Position numbers and translations under genes: made by a program. This document shows positions 44,726 through 47,896 of a DNA stretch of 47,896 bases, piece by piece. Under the pieces are notes generated by a model. It was not told where the DNA came from. It saw nothing but the letters and a program-made list of their open reading frames with translations, and searched no databases. Position 1 is the stretch's first letter. Every line of letters starts with the position of its first letter. This stretch comes from a virus (lineage: Duplodnaviria; Caudoviricetes). Location of the stretch: positions 1-47,896 of the IMG/VR virus record IMGVR_UViG_3300030332_001503, one strand, 5' to 3'.

Positions 44726-45368
44726 AGGAAAGACCCAAGCAAAAGACCTGATCGGCATGACGTTCAATCGGCTGACCGTGATTGAGCGCAGCGAAAGAAA
44801 GTCTGGCGGGAAGGCATGGTGGCGCTGCCAGTGCGAGTGCGGCGGCACGGCAGTGGTCACATCTTGGGACCTCAAGAGTGGCCACACCAAAAGCTGCGGC
44901 TGCCATAACGCCAGCAACCGACGGCAGAAAGCCTTGAGCCACGGATACAACAGAACTCCGACTTATTACACATGGAGCAATATGCTGGCTCGATGCAGCA
45001 ATCCGAAGGCCTCCCGCTACGAGCAATACGGCGGGCGCGGCATAGCCGTATGTGACCGATGGTTATCGTTTGAGAATTTTCTTAATGACATGGGCGAGCG
45101 TCCGGAAGGCCTCTCCCTGGATCGCATAGACCCGGACGGGGGCTACTCGAAAGAGAACTGCCGGTGGGCGTCTACTTCCCAGCAAAGCAATAACCGGCGG
45201 AACAACGTCTTTGTTGATTACGAGGGCAAACGATACACCATTAAGCAGCTGTCGGATTTGCTTGATGTGCCATACGAGCGTCTGCGGTACGCATTAAGGC
45301 GCTACCCGGATAGCTGGCTGAAATTTGTCCGCGCCGCTGCCGCCATGGCAGAGGGAGGGGAGCAGTGA
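44712..45368 (+). CDS. Free-standing HNH endonuclease
   Basis: DLIG..FNRLTV...W.CQCECG...SCGC; YGGRGIAVCDRW; SLDRIDPDGGYSKENCRWA; GGAG SD. Confidence 0.85.
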   Translation: MVWPKGKTQAKDLIGMTFNRLTVIERSERKSGGKAWWRCQCECGGTAVVTSWDLKSGHTKSCGCHNASNRRQKALSHGYNRTPTYYTWSNMLARCSNPKASRYEQYGGRGIAVCDRWLSFENFLNDMGERPEGLSLDRIDPDGGYSKENCRWASTSQQSNNRRNNVFVDYEGKRYTIKQLSDLLDVPYERLRYALRRYPDSWLKFVRAAAAMAEGGEQ

Positions 45369-45565
45369 GAGTGAGCAACATGGAACTGCACAGGGAGCGG
45401 GCCTGCCGGCGCGCACATCACGACTGGATATTGGGCCGCATTTGCGACCCTGGGCGCCATGGCGCCCTCCCGGGCTCGGCATGGGCACAGTGGTACACCG
45501 AGGAATATGAGCGGCACCGCAGCCAGGACGAGCCCCACCCGGGGCGTGGGGGTGGCCATGAGTGA
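45365..45565 (+). CDS. Hypothetical protein
   Basis: Coupled overlaps only. Confidence 0.45.
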   Translation: MRVSNMELHRERACRRAHHDWILGRICDPGRHGALPGSAWAQWYTEEYERHRSQDEPHPGRGGGHE

Positions 45566-45905
45566 AATGCCATCAGCATTTAACGAGACATGGCGCACCG
45601 CTCGCAAGGAACACCGGTGCTGCGAGTGCCGAAGCAAGATTCAGGTCGGCGAGCGCTATCGCTATGTGTCTGGAGTTTGGGATGGCGAAGGCCGCAGTTT
45701 CAAGCAGTGTTCCGACTGTGCTGAGCTTTCCATCGCATTCACCGCCGATGCTGCGTTCCCGGAGGAGGCACCGGGACTAGGAGCGCTTGCGGAGTTCATA
45801 GCGGACGGCGATGAGTGGCGCTATGTCGACGAGGCACACCTGGGGCGCCTGGGGCTCACCTGGTGCCTGGAAGAAAGGACCGCCCAGCGCGGCAGGGAGG
45901 AATGA
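45558..45905 (+). CDS. Zinc-binding phage hypothetical protein
   Basis: ARKEHRCCEC...I..GERY...CSDC. Confidence 0.72.
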   Translation: MSEMPSAFNETWRTARKEHRCCECRSKIQVGERYRYVSGVWDGEGRSFKQCSDCAELSIAFTADAAFPEEAPGLGALAEFIADGDEWRYVDEAHLGRLGLTWCLEERTAQRGREE

Positions 45906-45906
45906 T

Positions 45907-46299
45907 ATGGGACATGTGATAGATGAGCTGCGCGAGCTATCTGGTGAATTCCTGGATGACATGGAGGCGCGCGACCTGTGCATTGCTGCGGCTTGCGAAA
46001 TCGAGGCACAGGGAAGGCGGATCGAATACCTGGAGGCACAGGTCGAGGCTTGCTCGTCCCGGAATTCTTCGGACGTCGACCGCATCGCCGAGCTGGAGCG
46101 CGAGGTACAGCTGGCACGGGATGCCGTGGTCAACGCCGAGAAGCTGGTCCACGCAGCGCAGACGGACTACTACGAGGCGCGGCGGCGCGCGGTGGCGCTC
46201 AGAGAGGCGCTGGAAGATGTGCTGGGCTGGCAGTCCCTGGCCCCGGCCGGCGTGCTGGACCGTGCACGGGCGGTGCTCACCCAGGAGGAAGGAGGCTGA
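45907..46299 (+). CDS. Coiled-coil hypothetical protein
   Basis: GGAGG SD; RIAELE heptads. Confidence 0.65.
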   Translation: MGHVIDELRELSGEFLDDMEARDLCIAAACEIEAQGRRIEYLEAQVEACSSRNSSDVDRIAELEREVQLARDAVVNAEKLVHAAQTDYYEARRRAVALREALEDVLGWQSLAPAGVLDRARAVLTQEEGG

Positions 46300-46300
46300 A

Positions 46301-46513
46301 ATGCTCCAGCGAGAACTGATCAATATTGGCGAGTTCCAGCGGCGGGTCTGGGGCGAGAACGGCACCCCGCTCACCGCCCAGGCAATCCGCAACCAGCTCA
46401 AGCGCGGCGACCTGCCCGGACAGCAGGTGGGCAAGCTCTGGTTTGTGGACTGGACGGCGTACCAGCGCCAGACTGGCGATGAATTGGTCGATGCGGTACT
46501 GAGGGCGGGATAA
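46301..46513 (+). CDS. xis: Excisionase-like protein
   Basis: 70-aa winged-helix pattern (G.LPG.QVGKLWFVD) overlapping the int start. Confidence 0.7.
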   Translation: MLQRELINIGEFQRRVWGENGTPLTAQAIRNQLKRGDLPGQQVGKLWFVDWTAYQRQTGDELVDAVLRAG

Positions 46514-47604
46514 TGGCGCCAAGGCCCAGGAAGAAGCGAAACAGCGGATTGCCGCCGAACCTCTATGCGAACGGGCGGGCGTTCAAATACCGCCGGCCGG
46601 ACACAGGGACATGGCACGGCATGGGCACCGACAAGGCCAAGGCCATCGCGGCGGCAAGCCAACTCAACGGGCTACTGATGGCCGGCGGCGACCTGGTGGC
46701 GGGCGTAATGGGCGACTCTATGAGCCTGAATGCGTTCCTCGACTACTACGAGGCCGAGGTGTTACCGCCCCGGGAACTGGCCCGGGCCACACTGGATCTG
46801 TACGCCGTGCGCTTCCGTCAGATTCGGGCGGCGCTGGGCGAGCGTGACATCGGGCAGATCACCATCGGCATGGTCTCGGCGTTCCTCGATAGCCTGACGC
46901 CGCGGGCGTCGAATCAGGCCCGGGCCATCCTGGCGGATCTGTTCAACCATGCGGCCGCAAAAGGTCTGGTGGCGGACAACCCCGCCGAGGCGACCATACC
47001 CAGGCCCGAGAAGAAGGCGCGGCGCCGACATACCGTGGCCGGTGTCCAGGCTATCTATGCCGTGGCGGAGCCCTGGCTGCAGAATGCCATCGATCTGGCC
47101 CTGCTCACCGCCCAGCGCCGCGAGGACATCCTGGCGATGCGATTCGATGACATCCGCGACGGTGCGCTGCATGTGGCCCAGCACAAGACGCGGCGTGCCA
47201 GTGATGCCGGCTGGATCCGGTTACCGATGACGCCGCAGCTCAAAGCCCTGGTGGCCCGCTGCCGGGATGACGTGCCCTCCCCGTTCCTGATTCACCGCAA
47301 GCCGGAGCGCCGGGTAGCGAGCGACCGCCATTGGACCCAGGTCGATAACCGCTATCTGACCCGGGCATTTAAAGCAGCCAGGGACGCCGCCAATCCCTAC
47401 CCAGACTGGTCACCGGCCCAACAGCCAGGCTTCCATGAGCTGCGCGCCCTGAGCCTGCACCTGTACAAAAAAGCGGGCAAGGATGGGCAAAAGCTGGCCG
47501 GGCACAGCACGCGGAAGATGACGAAGAACTACGAGGTGGACCACGAAGAAGTGGTCTGGACCGAGGCCGTGGCCGACCTGGATTTGAGCAAAATCACGGG
47601 CTGA
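46513..47604 (+). CDS. int: Tyrosine integrase (lambda Int family with N-terminal arm-binding domain)
   Basis: TAQRREDI (R), KT, FHELR (HxxR), LAGH, TKNY catalytic residues. Confidence 0.95.
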   Translation: MAPRPRKKRNSGLPPNLYANGRAFKYRRPDTGTWHGMGTDKAKAIAAASQLNGLLMAGGDLVAGVMGDSMSLNAFLDYYEAEVLPPRELARATLDLYAVRFRQIRAALGERDIGQITIGMVSAFLDSLTPRASNQARAILADLFNHAAAKGLVADNPAEATIPRPEKKARRRHTVAGVQAIYAVAEPWLQNAIDLALLTAQRREDILAMRFDDIRDGALHVAQHKTRRASDAGWIRLPMTPQLKALVARCRDDVPSPFLIHRKPERRVASDRHWTQVDNRYLTRAFKAARDAANPYPDWSPAQQPGFHELRALSLHLYKKAGKDGQKLAGHSTRKMTKNYEVDHEEVVWTEAVADLDLSKITG

Positions 47605-47605
47605 G

Positions 47606-47635
47606 TTTTGATTCTATTTTGATTTTGTTTTGATT
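47606..47635 (+). repeat. Three TTTTGATT direct repeats (candidate Int arm-type sites)
   Basis: Copies at 47606, 47617 and 47628 (11-bp period) between int and the att core. Confidence 0.6.
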
Positions 47636-47648
47636 CGGCCCAGAAACG

Positions 47649-47686
47649 AAAAAGGGCCAGCGCTCGTAAGTCACTGACCCTTCTCG
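47649..47686 (-). terminator. Terminator downstream of tRNA-Pro (phage-supplied)
   Basis: AAGGGTCAGTG...CGCTGGCCCTTTTT hairpin with U-tract on the minus strand; related copies near 4510 and 485. Confidence 0.7.
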
Positions 47687-47693
47687 ACTTTAT

Positions 47694-47772
<79 letters not shown>

Positions 47773-47896
47773 ATTGTGCTGCTCCGCCAGGGGAAGGTTC
47801 AGTGCGGCGAAGCGGCGGGAATCATAACGGATTCCCCGGTCGGATGGAACCCGGAATCCGCGCCGGTCGGCGCGGATGCTCAGGCTTTGAGCAGAC

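Overview
The window holds an apparently complete lambdoid (siphovirus-type) prophage of about 43.2 kb (4553..47741) in a GC-rich gammaproteobacterium. It is integrated at tRNA-Pro(GGG), which is intact at 47694..47770 on the minus strand, with a 49-bp att core duplicated at 4553..4601. To its left lies a decayed island of about 4 kb at the same tRNA site, containing a third degenerate att/terminator copy, a frameshifted integrase remnant, hicB-hicA and a DnaA-box cluster. The prophage has head, tail, lysis, nin, replication, cI/cro (lambda-like 17-bp operators), early and int/xis modules. The two most striking features are same-strand overprinted genes, each with its own internal Shine-Dalgarno. 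First, a 308-aa intein in the terminase large subunit carries its HNH endonuclease as a separate 220-aa ORF in another frame. Second, a motif-rearranged C5 cytosine methyltransferase has its motif IX and four tandem WPTP (TRD-like) repeats in a nested +1-frame 319-aa ORF. Also notable are a sar-like antisense RNA over a 49-aa membrane peptide, a peptide motif shared by a tail-fibre C-terminus and the tail terminator, a LexA-boxed leaderless gene at attL, and a miniature PagL-like beta-strand protein. All calls come from reading motifs by eye; no database search was run.
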